A stretch of 64,000 nt of DNA from Leucoraja ocellata (taxonomy: Eukaryota). The first letter of the stretch is position 1. The number at the start of each line of letters is the position of its first letter. The position numbers and the translations under genes are program-made. This document shows positions 1-13,462 of the stretch, in pieces. Under the pieces are notes generated by a model that saw only the letters and a program-made list of their open reading frames with translations, did no database searches and was not told the DNA's origin. The stretch lies in contig JAWMAR010000475.1 in the NCBI GenBank assembly GCA_036785375.1, positions 62,001-126,000 of the forward strand, written 5' to 3'.

Positions 1-1663
1 TATGTTTCTATGTTTCTATTATCATTCAAACACCTACTTGCATCAATCAAACTCTACCTGGACTTGCTAAACAAAAGTTGTAATAACAAGCAGCTTTTAC
101 TGACCATAGAAGATGTATTAAAAACATTTACAATTCAAATTTCAGTATCTCTTGAGTAAAGTTAAAATTTTCCAGAGCAATTTTTAATTATTTCAAAATC
201 GTGTTTTCCAATACTTTACAGTATAATTGAAGCTTGTAGTGTTACTCATTAATCACTATTGTAACATCAGTATAATATTGTTCTGAAATACTATTCTGAG
301 AAATTGCACATATTGTACACTATCTTCTAGAAAATAAGGCAATATATATTTTCCAAACAGACCAAATCTTCTCACCTACTGAACACTCTGAAAAAGATAC
401 ATTGATTACTATTTTAAATTGTGTAAAAGCAATGAAAAATCACTCTAACAGTCCTTTCCCATAATACTTATTCCAGGGGATGCTTAGCCCTTTATATCAG
501 GAAGGATTCATTGGGATCCTGCAGTGCCAACCAGGAGGGATCCATCCACAACCACTGGATGTGAATACCAACCTAGAACTTAGAGCTGGAGCTCCATCCT
601 TCATTCACCTAGTCTGCCATGAAGAGTTCATACTTCCTCTGACTTAGAAGCAGCAACACTGCCATTAGCCCAAAGCTTCGTCCCCTATAAAGTTACTTTT
701 CTTACATGTGGAGTTATTCTTATGTTTGTTATGTTAGGACATATTTCACTACAGGGTTTCAGAATTGTGAAGAACTGTCATTAAGAAACTTAATTGCATT
801 AAATAATCAAAACTCAATAATCAAAATTACCCAGACTTCCATCTATTATATCCACGTAATGAAATTTGGAACTGTAATGTGTATTGTAACTGTAATTTTT
901 AACATTTTTTTAAAAACATTTTTAATATTTAATATAATCTTTAAACATCTCCTTCACCATTTTGCCTTTATAGATATGTATATAGCGCCACAGAATTGTG
1001 CACCTATCCCCCCCCCTCTCCCTTTTGTTTTTGTTTTCTGTTTCTTGTTTTTTGTACTAAATTATATGTATGCACTGAGTACGAGCTGCTTTTAATCTCA
1101 TTGTACATGTATAGTGACAATAAATGGCAAATCTATATCTAAAAGGATCATTTGCAATGATGTAATTACAAGAGGGATTACAGTGGGTTAAAAAGGTAAT
1201 TACTACAAAGAGGGTAGTTATGAAGAGGAATTTTGGGCTGGGAATCATTGTTAAAGCAGAATCCATAAATTATTTAAAAATAGAATTAGTGAAAGGTATT
1301 CTAAGTGGGCAGAATTATGGGATAAGGTGGAGAAAAGCCAGAACGCAGATTTGTTGGACTAACGTGTGCATTGTAACATCCTGGTATTCTAATATTTAGG
1401 GTAAGGAAGTGAGGCTTTGTACACAGCTTTAACTAACCAGTAAATTATCAAAATCCAAACTGGTTATTTATTTACGCAAGTCTTTGAACTTCCAGCAAAC
1501 TTGGCTTGTATAATATTGTAGATTCCAGATTTCTTGCATAACAATCATTGCAACGGGTTGAACCGATGACGTACAGGTTCTGACAAAATGTATCAGCCTA
1601 TCTGAGTGTGCTCAAATTAATTACAAAATTAATGTAACCCTTGGAATAACACAGCAAAAACAG

Positions 1664-2421
1664 GAAAGTAGACTATTATCTGAATGGTGGCCGATTAGGA
1701 AAATGGAAGATGCAACGAGACCTGGGTGTCATAGTACACCAGTCATTGAAAGTAGGCATGCAGGTGCAGCAGGCAGTGAAGAAAGCAAATGGTATGTTAG
1801 CATTCATAGCAAATGGATTTGAGTATAGGAGCAGGGAGGTTCTACTGCAGTTGTACATGGTCTTAGTGAGACCACACCTGGGGTAGTGCGTACAGTTTTG
1901 GTCTCCAAATCTGAGGAAAGACATTCTTGCCATAGAGAGAAGGTTCACCAGACTGATTCCTGGGATGTCGGGACTTTCATATGAAGAAAGACTGGATAGA
2001 CTCAGCTTGTACTCGCTAGAATTTAGAAGATTGAGGGGGGATCTTATAGAAACGTACACAATTCTTAAGGGGTTGGACAGGATAGATGCAGGAAGATTGT
2101 TCCCAATGTTGGGGAAGTCCAGGACAAGAGGTCACAATTTAAGGATAATGGGGAAATCGTTTAGGACTGAGATGAGTAAAACATTTTTCACACAGAGAGT
2201 GGTGAATCTCTGGAATTCTATGCCACAGTAGGTAGTTGAGGCCAGTTCATTGGCTATATTTAAGAGGGAGTTAAATGTGGCCCTTGTGGCTAAAGGGATC
2301 AGGGGGTATGGAGAGAAGGCAGGTACTGGATACTGAGTTGGATAATCAGCCATGATCATATTGAATGGCGGTGCAGGCTCGAAGGGCTGAATGGCGTACT
2401 CCTGCACCTATTTTCTATGTT
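1664..2421 (+). mobile_element. CR1-clade LINE, 5'-truncated 3' end
   Basis: RT C-terminal motifs (LSYEERL..LYSLEFRRLRGDLIE; FFTQRVVNLWNS) plus 3' UTR ending CCTGCACCTATTTTCTATGTTT. Confidence 0.9.
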
Positions 2422-4355
2422 TTTATCAATTCTTACCTAGGTTTCTCATTGCTGTTTCCATTATCCTTTGGGAGTTACCTTAGCTGTGTGCATTCAGATT
2501 TGTGGTAGCTTGTTCAAGAAATTCTCCGCTATAATACCAACCGTTCTGACAGAAGATGAAATAGAACCTGCCCATTATTAATTTCCCTGGTGTCTTTTGG
2601 AGTGAAACTGTAATTCAATCAAATACCATTTTTTTGTGGGGTTTTATAGTCCTTTTATTGAGGTGGTGGGTGGTGACACAAGCTTGTGTTCCAAGCAATT
2701 CATGTTCCGAATTCCTTTTAAGTTCCTTTAAATCAATACTTTTACTATCACTGAATAACCTTTCCAAGTGGAAACTGTCAGCTCAAATCTTTGCTTCCTA
2801 TCTTCCCAAAGGCTCATGATACTTTTGCTATCTCTTAAAAACATATGTTTGAGAGAACTTTGCTTGTACCAGATTTCATTTAAAAACAAAAAAAAAATGA
2901 TGGGATATTACTAATCCCATGAATTAAAGTTTAGTTCCAATTCTTGCTCAAATGGTGAAAGACAAAGAAATGCAAAAAGCCACTGGCAAGAGATGTAATT
3001 AGCTCGATTATCTTCAAAGTATGCATCTGACCTCTGGTGTGGCCAAGCATAACTCAAATGTTCATTCATGATCAGTGTGGTACTTCCTAATTTTAAATAA
3101 TGAGCTTTTCTCCATCTCTGTTAACAATGCTGTTCTCAAGGCTGGAGAAACGGTTGTTGGGCTCTTGATTATTTGGGCTGTGCACATCGGCCCAAGCTGC
3201 AACCTTTATTTGGTTCCACCTTTCTTTTCTATCATCTGGTGAACCAAATGCCACATCATTGAGATTTCTGAATAACTGTTTAGCATATTGAGGTTTTATT
3301 GTAGAGCAATGATTTGGCAGAGTAAAATAAATGTCAAATTACTAAGCATTATGATGACATTAAACCAAGCAGGACTGTGAATATGTCAGAGCATGTGAAG
3401 AGTCCTCAGAGAGATGTCAACAAGCTGAGTGAGTGGACAAGAACATGGCAGAGGGAATATAATATGAAGTTATTGTCTTTGGTACACAAAGTAGTAAAGT
3501 AGCTCGCTTTTTCAAATGTTGAGCGAATCGATAATATTGATGTTCAAGGGGACCTCGGTGTATTGAAGTCAGCAAAAGGCAAGAAATAAATGCAGCATGC
3601 ATTTAGTTAAATGAAAATCACAAAAAATTGAAAATCACAAAAGAAAACCTTCAGACTCCAGAAATCTGAAACAAAAACTGAAAACACTGGAAAAAAATTA
3701 AGCAGGTCAGATGACATCCACAGAAATAAAGAAAGGTGATTGTAATTGTAAAGGATGGTGTGACTTAAACTGGAGCATTCTGTATACTGTAGTTTTTGTC
3801 TCACTACCCAGGAAAAGATATATATGGCAGACAGAAGTGATGCAAAGTGGTGGGATATTGCGTTGGGGAATGGGTTGCGTTGGGGGACCAAGCCTCCCGT
3901 GTGACTTAGTCTAGTCACTTACTGTGAACATCAGATTGGATACATATAACATAGTAAATTTCAAAACCGTTAAATATTCATGAATATTTGTCCAACTTCT
4001 TTGCTCTCAATCAATCTGTAAAATAACTTGGACATTGAAGATAATATAAAATAAAGCATTAGCAAATTGAAATTGCAAATGTGTGCATGTTTTAATAGCA
4101 TATTAATATTATAATAAAGGAAAAGATGGAAAAGGTCAAACTGATCATATACTATATTGATAAAAATCGGCAAGCAAAGAAGAGTTAATGAACAATTTGA
4201 AGGATCAAAGGAATTAATGATGAAAGTTTGATAAAATTACTAATTTATATGCATTTCATGTTTTTTTCTTTTAATATAATTCCTCTGGTTATATTGTGAA
4301 CTAAGTTTATGTGGCTGGGTTTAAAAAGTTACTTTGCATTTCTATAACACTTCTC

Positions 4356-7300
4356 ATACGATACGATACAATAGAACTTTATTTATCCCAGGAAGGAAAT
4401 TGATCTGCCAACAGTCAAAAAATACAAGATACATGAAACATTAAATTAAACTGGTGAGTAGAAAGGATTGGTGATGTGCAAAGATTTGGGAGGGGGTGGG
4501 GAGGAGTCAGTCTCCCCCACGACAGAAGGGGGAGGAGTTGTACAGATTGATAGCCTCGGGGAAGAAGGGTGTTGTGTGGCGTTCTATACTGCATCTTGGT
4601 GGAACCACTCTGTTGCTGCGGGTTGGCCTCAGGTTGTCTAGTGTGTCATGGAGGGGGTGAGCTGTATTGTCCAAAATTGAGGAGCATCCTCACCTCCAAG
4701 ACCACCACCCATAAATCCTACTCTGCCCCCAAGACGGACCCAGCCTTCCTGATAAGTTTGTTAATCCTGTTAGCGTCCGTGGCCTTTGCCCTGTTGCCCC
4801 AGCACACGACAGCGAAGGAGATGGCACCGGCTACCACCGATTGGTAGAACATCTGCAGCATCTCACTGCAGACATTGAAGGAGCAGAGCCTTCTAAAAAA
4901 ATACAGCCGGCTCTGTCCCTTCTTGTACAGGGCCTCAGCGTTCCAGGACCAGTCCAGTTTACTGTCCAGGTACACTCCAAGGCATTTGTACTCCTTGGTA
5001 AAGTGCACATCCACGCGATTGATGGAGACAGGGGACAGGGGTGTTCTTCTCTTCCTAAAGTCCACCACTAATTCCTTAGACTTGTCGGTGTTGAGCTGCA
5101 GGTGATTCAGCACACACCAGTCAACAAAGTCGTTGACTACACCTCCGTATTCAGCTTCCCACCCCTTACAGATGCAGCCCACAATTGTAGTCATCTGAAA
5201 ACTTCTGTAGGTAAAAGGGGTCCGAGTTGTATCTGGTCTGAGGTGAAGGGAGAGAGGACCATCCTCTTTGGAGCCCCTATGTTGCTCAATACCATGTCCA
5301 AGACACAGTTCTAAAGCCCTACACATCCAGTCAGGTAGTTGGTGATCCAGGACACCAATGGAGCATCCACCTGCATCTTTATCAGTTTGCTCCCTGGCAG
5401 TGCAGGCCAGACTGTTAAGACATCAAAAAATCTCACAGTGCTTCACGGCTTATCCAGGTGAGCATAGGATCGATTCAGTAGGTAGATGATGGCATCCTCA
5501 ACCCCTATCTTAGTTTGGTAAGCGAACTGCAGGGGGTCCAGATAGGGTTTAACCAGTGGTCACAGGTGATTGAGCACCAGCTTCTCCAGGGACTTCATGT
5601 GTGGTCAACGTCACCGGTCTGTAGTCATTGGAGGAGCCGGGAGGCGTCCTCTTTGGTACAGAAACCAGCCAGGATGTCTTCCACATCACAGGAACCCTCT
5701 CCAGGCTCAGGCTCAGGTTGAAGATATGCTGGAGTACTCCGCACACTGGCTGGCACAGGCATTGAGTACTCTAGGCCTGACACCATCGGGACCCGTGGCT
5801 TTGCCTGGGCGGAGTCTGCTCAGCTCTTTACTCACCTGCTCAGCCTTGATGGGCAGGTGCGACAAAGATAGGGCAGGAGAAGTGGACCAGGGGGATTGAG
5901 GGGGAGAGTCTGTCGGGGTGTAGGGGGGAGGGTGGGCAGAGGCCCCTCCATCAACTGTTTAAAAAAAACAGGTTTAGCTCATTGGCCCAGTCCTGATTGC
6001 TTTTACTCCCCAGGCCACTGATCTTCTTGTAGCCTGTAATGCTCTTCATACCACTCCACACATCCCTCATGTTGTTCTGCTGAAATTTCAGCTCCAGCTT
6101 CCTCCTGTAGTCATCCTTGCCCTGTCACAGTCTCGCCTCCAGGTCTTTTTGCACTTGTTTCACCCCCTCCGTCACCATTCTTGAAGGCCCTTTTCTTCTG
6201 GTTGAGAAGTGCCTTTATTTATTTATTTGTTATTTATTTATTTTTTTGTTTATTTTATTAGAAGTTAATACAGTACAAAACAGTACAGTGGAACCTAATT
6301 TTAGGTGCCAACTATGTCATACCGTAATCCATTCTATGTACAACCTCTAGTTTTATGTTATGAAAAGGAAGTAAGCAAGACAAGAAAAAGAAAACAATAG
6401 AAAGAGGAAAAAGTGGAAAAATAGATGGTAGAGAGTAGAAAAACGTGAAGTGTGTATATAAAAAAGAAAAAAAGAAAAAGAAAAAGTGGAAAGTAGAAAT
6501 AGGAGAGATGGCCCCTTAAAAGAGAATTTTTCAAATCTATATTCGGAGATGTAGATCTATCCGCGTCATGAACTGAAATCAGCAATCTTTACGGTGCCGC
6601 TGCATCACATGATTCCAAAAAGTCGATGAAAGGAGACCAACTCCTTAAGAATTGGTCATATTTATCCATTAGTCGGAGTCTCATTTCTTCAAGGCGTGCT
6701 ATGTCCATCATATTCCTAGAGAAGTGCCTTTATGTCACTGTTGACCCAGGGCTTGTTGTTGGGGAAACAGCGTGCAGTCTCCTCAGGACAACGTCATCCA
6801 CACAGAACTTTATGTAACTGGTAACACAGTCCATGAGTCCAGCAATGTCCTCACCATGGGGACTACAGAGTGTGTCCCAGTCTATGACATTAAAACAGCC
6901 CTGTAGGGCCTCCTGTGACCAATTCCTCAATCACCCTGTGGTCACAGGCAGCCTGTTGACCATTGGCTTATATCTGGGTAGGAGGTGAACCAGGTTGTGT
7001 TCGGATCTTCCCATGTGGCGGAAGGGCTATATGCCTCTTTAACATTACCATAGGGCAAGTCCAATGTTTTCATATCTCTGGTGGGAGAGTCAACAAACTG
7101 AGTGAAAGTGGGTAGGGTAGCATCTAAAGTCATGTGGTTTAAATCCTCCTCGATAGCAATGCAAGCACTCGGGTGTTAGGTCTGGAGTCTTGCGGTGACT
7201 GTGGACGATGTCACTCACACGCAGCGGGTTGGCGGATAGAGGAATGTAAACAGCCACCACAATGGCATGTGAGAATTCCCAAAGCATATAGTATGGACAC

Positions 7301-7440
7301 AGCCATCAGTTCAATGTCCGGGCTACACACAGGCTCCTTAACCATGATATGATCAGGGTTGCACCATATGTTGTTAACAAGAATAGCAACTCGCGATGTC
7401 CTCGCGGAGCCATGTCGCCGTGAAACACATCACAGTATAC
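4356..7440 (-). mobile_element. Rex1/Babar-type LINE, decayed ORF (endonuclease to RT), interrupted by an L1 fragment
   Basis: ORF pieces NDYRPVTLT, LQLNTDKSKELVVDFR, YKCLGVYLDSKLDW and AVYIP (endonuclease); short (GTATC)n-like tail. Confidence 0.85.
6219..6718 (-). mobile_element. L1-clade LINE 3' end with 15-bp TSD
   Basis: GAGAAGTGCCTTTAT at 6204-6218 and 6719-6733; (TAAA)n/A-rich tail. The - strand encodes ...DIARLEEMRLRLMDKYDQFLRSWSPFIDFL, a fish-L1-type ORF2 C-terminus. Confidence 0.85.
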
Positions 7441-7999
7441 CTCAGTATATCCAAAATCAGGTGATAATATAATTCTGACGTGTAGTCACTGTTGTACAGG
7501 CAAAAATAAAACATGGCATCTAGTTAGTACACAGCAAATTTGAAAACACCAGCCTGGTACGGTCAGAAATCACTTTTATTGATTTGATTGAGGATTCACC
7601 ACTATTGTTCTTCAAATTAATACAAGGACCCTCCCCTCACCAGTCCGCCAATAGCAGATGCATATGTTCACAATAGCATTTGTAGAATAAACCAAATCAC
7701 AATAATTGGGGAGACAAAGTTCTGTCTTCACCATGTTGAGTGGCACTGAAATCATATCTAATGAGATACATTAATAACAGATCTGGGACCTGAACATAGG
7801 GCAATCATGAGATTCCATAAACGATAGGCAGTTGGAGAAATGTCCAGCAGCACAATCTATAATCTTGTGGAATGGTATATCCCTCATTTTTCCATCATTA
7901 CCAGCAGTCATTCAATGAGAGGTGGAAGAGAGCCTCCTGGAAGCAGAAACAGGTGATACAAGCGCCTAGTCAAGCTGCAATGCAGGACCACCAAAACGA

Positions 8000-10330
8000 A
8001 CATACAATAGATACATAGATACAGACAATAGATGCAGGAGTAGGCCATTCGGCCCTTCGAGCTAGCACCGCCAATCAATATGATCATGGCTGATCATCCA
8101 CAATCCTGCCTTCTCCACATATCCCTTGATTTGGCTAGCCCGAAGAGCTCTATCTAACTCTTTTTTGAATGCATCCAGTGAATCGGCCTCCACTGCCTTC
8201 TGAAGCAGAGAATTCCACAAATTCACAACTCTCTGCGTGAAAAAGTTTTTCCTCATCTCAGTTCTAAATGGCCTACTCCTTATTCTTAATTGGTGGCACC
8301 TGGTTCAGGAATCCCCCAACATCGGGAACATATTTCCTGCATCTAGCGTGTCCAATCACTTAATAACTTTATATGCCTCTATAAGATACCCTCTCATCCT
8401 AAATTCCAGTGAATACAAGCCCAGTCGCTCCATTCTTTCATCATATGACAGTCTCGCCATCCCGGGAATTAACCTCGTGAACCTACGCTGCACTCCCTCA
8501 ATAGCAAGAATGTCCATCGTCAAATTAGGAGACCAAAACTGCACACAATACTCCAGGTGTGGTCTCACCAGGGCCCTGTACAACTGCAGAAGGACCTCTT
8601 TGGTCCTCTACTCTTGCTATGAAGACCAACATGCCATTAGCTTTCTTCACTGCCTGCTGTACCTGCATGCTTACTTTCAGTGACTGATGCACAAGAACAC
8701 CCAAGTCTCGTTGTACTTCCCCTTTTCGTAACCGGACACCATTCAGATAATAATCTGCCAATAGACAATAGGTGCAGGAGTAGGCCATTCGGCCCTTCGA
8801 ACCAGCACCGCCATTCAATGTGATCATGGCTGATCATCCCCAATCAGTACCCCGTTCCTGCCTTCTCCCCATATCCCCTGACTCCGCTATTTTTAAGAGC
8901 CTATCTAGCTCTCTCTTGAAAGCATCCAGAGAACCCGCCTCCACTGCCCTCTGAGGTGGAGAATTCCACAGACTCACCACTCTCTTGTGAGAAAAAGTGT
9001 TTCCTCATCTCCTAAATGGCTTACTCCTTATTCTTAAACTGTGGCCCCTGGTTCTGGACTCCCCCAACATCGGGAACATGTTTCCTGCCTCTAGCGTGTT
9101 TAAACCCTTAACAATCATATGTTTCAATGAGATACCCTCTCATCCTTCTAAACTCCAGAGTGTACAAGCCCAGCTGCTCCATTCTCTCAACATATGACAG
9201 TTCCGCCATCCCGGGAATTAACCTTGTAAACCTACGCTGCACTCCCTCAATAGCAAGAACGTCCTCCCTCAAATTAGATGACCATTAGGTGCATTCCCGT
9301 TCTTGCCACCAAAGTTGATAACCCCACATTTATCCACATTATAGTGCATATGCCATGCATCTGCCCACTTACCCAACCTGTCCTGCATCCTCTTCATAGT
9401 TGGCACTGCCACCCAACTTTGTGTCATCTACAAATTTGCTAATGTTACTTATAATTCCTTCATCTAAATCATTAATGTATATTGTAAATAGCTGCGCTCC
9501 CAGCACCAAGCCTTGCGGAACACCATTAGTCACTTCTTGGCATTCTGAAAGGGACCCATTAATCCCTACTCTTTGTTTCGTATCTGCCAACCAATTTTTT
9601 ATCCATGTCAATACTCTGCTCTAATTTTGCCCACTAATCTCCTGTGTGGGACTTTATCAAAGGCTTTCTGAAAGTCCAGGTACACTACATCCACTGGCTC
9701 TCCCCTGTCCATTTTACTTGTTACATTCTCAAAAAATTCCAGAAGATTTGTCGAGCATGATTTTCCCCTTCGTAAATCCATGCTGACTTGGACCGATCCT
9801 GTTACTGCTATCCAAATGCGCCGCTATTACATCTTTAATAATCGACTCCAGCATCTTCCCCATGACTGATATCAGGCTAACTGGTCTATAATTCCCTGCT
9901 TTCTCTCTCCCTCCTTTCTTGAAAAGTGGGATAACATTAGCTACTCTCCAATCCACAGAAACTGATCCCAAATCTATAGGTACCTGTTCAACTGGTCTGC
10001 CATTTCCTTGTTCCCCATAATAAATTCACCTGTTTCTGTCTTCAAGGGACCCACATTTGTCTTAACTAATTTTTTCTTCTTCGCATACCGTACCTAAAGA
10101 AGCTTTTACTATCCTCCTTTATATTCTTGGCGAGCTTACCATCATACTTCATCTTTTCTCCCCATATTGCCTTTTTAGTTACCTTCTGTTGATCTTTAAA
10201 AGTTTCCCAATCCTCTGGCTTCCCGCTCATCTTTGCTATGTTTTACACCTTCTCTTTTATTTTTATACTGTCCTTGACTTCCCTTGTCAGCCACGGTCGC
10301 CTCTTACTCCCCTTAGAATCTTTCTTCCTA
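8000..10330 (-). mobile_element. Two abutting CR1 LINE fragments (about 8000-8757 and 8758-10330)
   Basis: Two CR1 3' UTRs (GGTGCAGGAGTAGGCCATTCGG); RT motifs NYRPVSL, GVPQG and ISKFVDDTKLGG. Confidence 0.9.
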
Positions 10331-11435
10331 AGACAAAGAAAATTAATCTCACAACCAATACTCTGCAGTCCTATCACATCCGGTTGTAGAAAGTGGTTGA
10401 CAATTAAGCAGCTGAAGAGAAGGGGAGGCTCCAAGAATATCCCTCAGCAATGGGTTGTTCCAGAACGTGAATGCAAAAGACAAGAGTAAAGTATTCACAA
10501 TCAAGTTCAGACAATAATCCGTCAGCTTTCCCTGAAACCTTCCCCAACTCAGAAGCCTCTCTTCTTGGGAACATAGAATGCAGTAAAACCTATGGGGGTA
10601 GACTGCAGAACGAGGTTGGATGCACTTGCATCATTTTCACTGGAGTTTTGGAGGTTGATGGGTGACGTGATAGAAGTACAGCAACCCTCATCATTAACAG
10701 ACCATAGTGGGAGGAATGGTGTCCGTTATTGCCGATTGTCCACTATAACTGAGTATGGTATTATCAATGTATGTTGTTGAAACAAAGAACTGCAGATGAT
10801 GGTTAATACACAAAATGACACAAAGTGCTGGAGTAACTCGACGGGTCCGGCAGCATCGCTGGAGAACATGGATAGGTGCCGTCATGACCCTTTTTCAGAT
10901 TGATTCAGTCTGATGAATTACTCCAGCACTTTGTGTCGTTACATTTAAATACTAGTCACGGATGCCGATGGTCAAGCCCATCTTCACCGGTTAATGGGGC
11001 TGTTAATGTAGCTCACGTTGTGGCCCCTGGCCGGCAGCACTTTCCTCAGGCCGCTACCACCAACAGGTTTGCTTGGTCACCGGGGGGCTCCCTACTCTCT
11101 CACCTGCTGCTGCTTCTTCCTTCCCTTTGTCCACTGCCTGCTCTACCAGTGTCTCCTCCTCCCTCAGGGGGATGGAAGTTGATGCCAAGTGGTCAAAGCG
11201 ACGTCTGACAGGAAGGGTCAGCAGCTGGTAAGAAGGAAGGGAGCCCCATAGTGACCGAGTGCATGCTATTGGTGGCAGCATCCCAAAGCGTGTCCCCAGA
11301 GGTTACAATATGTGCCACAACAGGCATGTCAACTGGACTGTGAGGTAGGTGAAGAAGGGCTCCCTAGTGTACCTTGCGAGCCTGAGATGGCATCGGAAGC
11401 TGAAATATAAAATACCATGGAAATGCACGATACCA

Positions 11436-11722
11436 GTGGTGGCGCAGCGGTAGAGTTGCTGCCTTATAGCGCCAGAGGCACGGGTTCAATCCTGACTACC
11501 GGTGCTGTCTGGACAGAGTTTGTACATTCTCCCCGTGTCCTGTGTGGGCTTTCTCCGAGATCTTCAGTTTTCTCCCACACTCCAAAGCCATACAGGTTTG
11601 TAGGTTAATTGGCTTGGTATAAATGTTAATTGTCCCTAGTGTGTGTAACATCCCCTTGCGCGGGGATCACTGGTCGTTGCAGACTCGGTGGGCCTGTTTC
11701 CACACTGTTTCTCTAAACTAAA
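11436..11722 (+). mobile_element. tRNA-derived SINE (V-SINE-like)
   Basis: A box TGGCGCAGCGG, B box GGTTCAATCC, central GAGTTTGTACATTCTCCCCGTG domain and (CTAAA) tail. Confidence 0.85.
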
Positions 11723-13462
11723 TATTCTTTATGCGGAGTGGTAGAAGCCTGGAACACACTGCCAGGGGAGGTGGTGGAAGCAGATATGATGCAACATTTA
11801 ACAGGCATATAGACAGGTATATGAACAGGCAAGGAACAGAAAGATAAATGTGTAGGCAGATGGGATTAGATTGGCATCATTATTTACACAGACATGATGA
11901 ACGGAAGGGCCTATTCCTGTGCTCTATAGTTATTTGTCTTGTTTTCTTTCCATCAATCAATCCTCAATCTAACCCAGTATATTACTCCAAAACTATGTGC
12001 ATTCATTGTGTTATGGAATCTCCTGGGCACCTTTTTGAAGATGCTCAGTGGGTCTAAATACACATCAACTAATTATTTATTCTGGACCATGAATGGTCAA
12101 AGTAAGGCCAGTTGACCAACCATAGCCTGCAGTATTCATATCTTGAACTGCTGAAGGTGCACTCCTGAAGAGCAGTTTCAGCTATTCTGCTGTGTGTGAC
12201 GTTCAAAGCATTGTACACAGTAGAATTGACCTTTACCGTTGAGATCTTCCTTCATTAAGAGAGTAGTTCATGAAGGAAATGAGTTAGAATAAGATTCAAA
12301 ATAGCATGGGGCAAATTATTGTGAGGGAAGCATCAAGAATGATGGGACAAGACAGGGTAGGGTATCAGCGAGACCATAACACCAGCAGTTTTGAGCAGAT
12401 TATGACAGATTTGGGCAAGGAATTGAGTTGGTTATGGAAGATGAGTGGAACAAAAAGTTATGCAGGTGGCTGGATTGGGGAAATGGTGGAGTTAAGGAAG
12501 AAATAGGTACAATATTTGTAGTTCAGGTGAAAGATCAGATTGGATTTGAGAAAGAGGTCAAAGCAGATTATGGGGGGGATGAGGGCACAGAGTTATGGGC
12601 ATGTCTGAAAGAAAAGGAGAAAAAACGATCAAACAATTAGGAGGTGGGCAGGATGCTGCGTATCCTGTGCTACGCAGCTAGCTCCGGTGCTCACTACAAT
12701 ATTCAAACTCTCCCTGGCCAAGTCTGCGGTCCCTGCCTGCTTCAAAAGATCTATCATTGTACCGGGACCTAAAAATGCCTCCCCAGCCTGTCTGAATGAC
12801 TACCGTCCGGTGGCCCTCACCTCGGTAGTCATGAAATGCTTTAAGAGGCTGGTGAAGAAACACATCTGCGCCTTCCTCCCTCGCAACATGGACCCGTTAC
12901 AATTTGCATACCGTCCGAACAGATCGACGGACGATGCGGTCTCTGAGGTTCTGCACACCGCTCTCTCTCATCTTGACAGCCAGAATGGGGGCTATGTGCG
13001 GATGCTGTTCATAGACTTCAGTTCAGCCTTCAACACCAGTCCCCACCAGACAGGCTGAGAAGCTGCTGGAATTGGGGCTCAACACCCCCCTGTGTGCCTG
13101 GGTCCTGGACTTTCTCACCACCAGGCCCCAGGTAGTCAAGATGGGGGGAAATACCTTTACAGTCCCTCATGGAGCACAGGATCCCCCCAGGGTTGCGTCC
13201 TCAGCCCCCTGCTGTACTCCAACTCGATAATCAAGTTTGCTGATGACACTGTGATGGTGGGCCTGATCTCAGATAACGATGAGAAGGCCTACCGGGAGGA
13301 GGTGGCTAATCTGGCACTCTGGTGTCAGGACAACAGCCTCCTCTTGAACATCAAAAAAACTAAGGAGCTGATCGTGGACTTTAGGAGGGCACATCATCCG
13401 AGGACGTACACACCATTGAAGATAAATGGGGATCCTGTGGATAGGGTGAGCTGTTTTAAATA

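Noticed and set aside
706-1095. 129-aa hydrophobic ORF
   Set aside because: AT-rich low-complexity sequence running into a LINE-type 3' tail; no homology recognised.
11436-11510. tRNA-like heads here and at about 16715, 23450-23516, 28410-28478 and 47290
   Set aside because: They are SINE 5' regions followed by a SINE core and tail, not tRNA genes.
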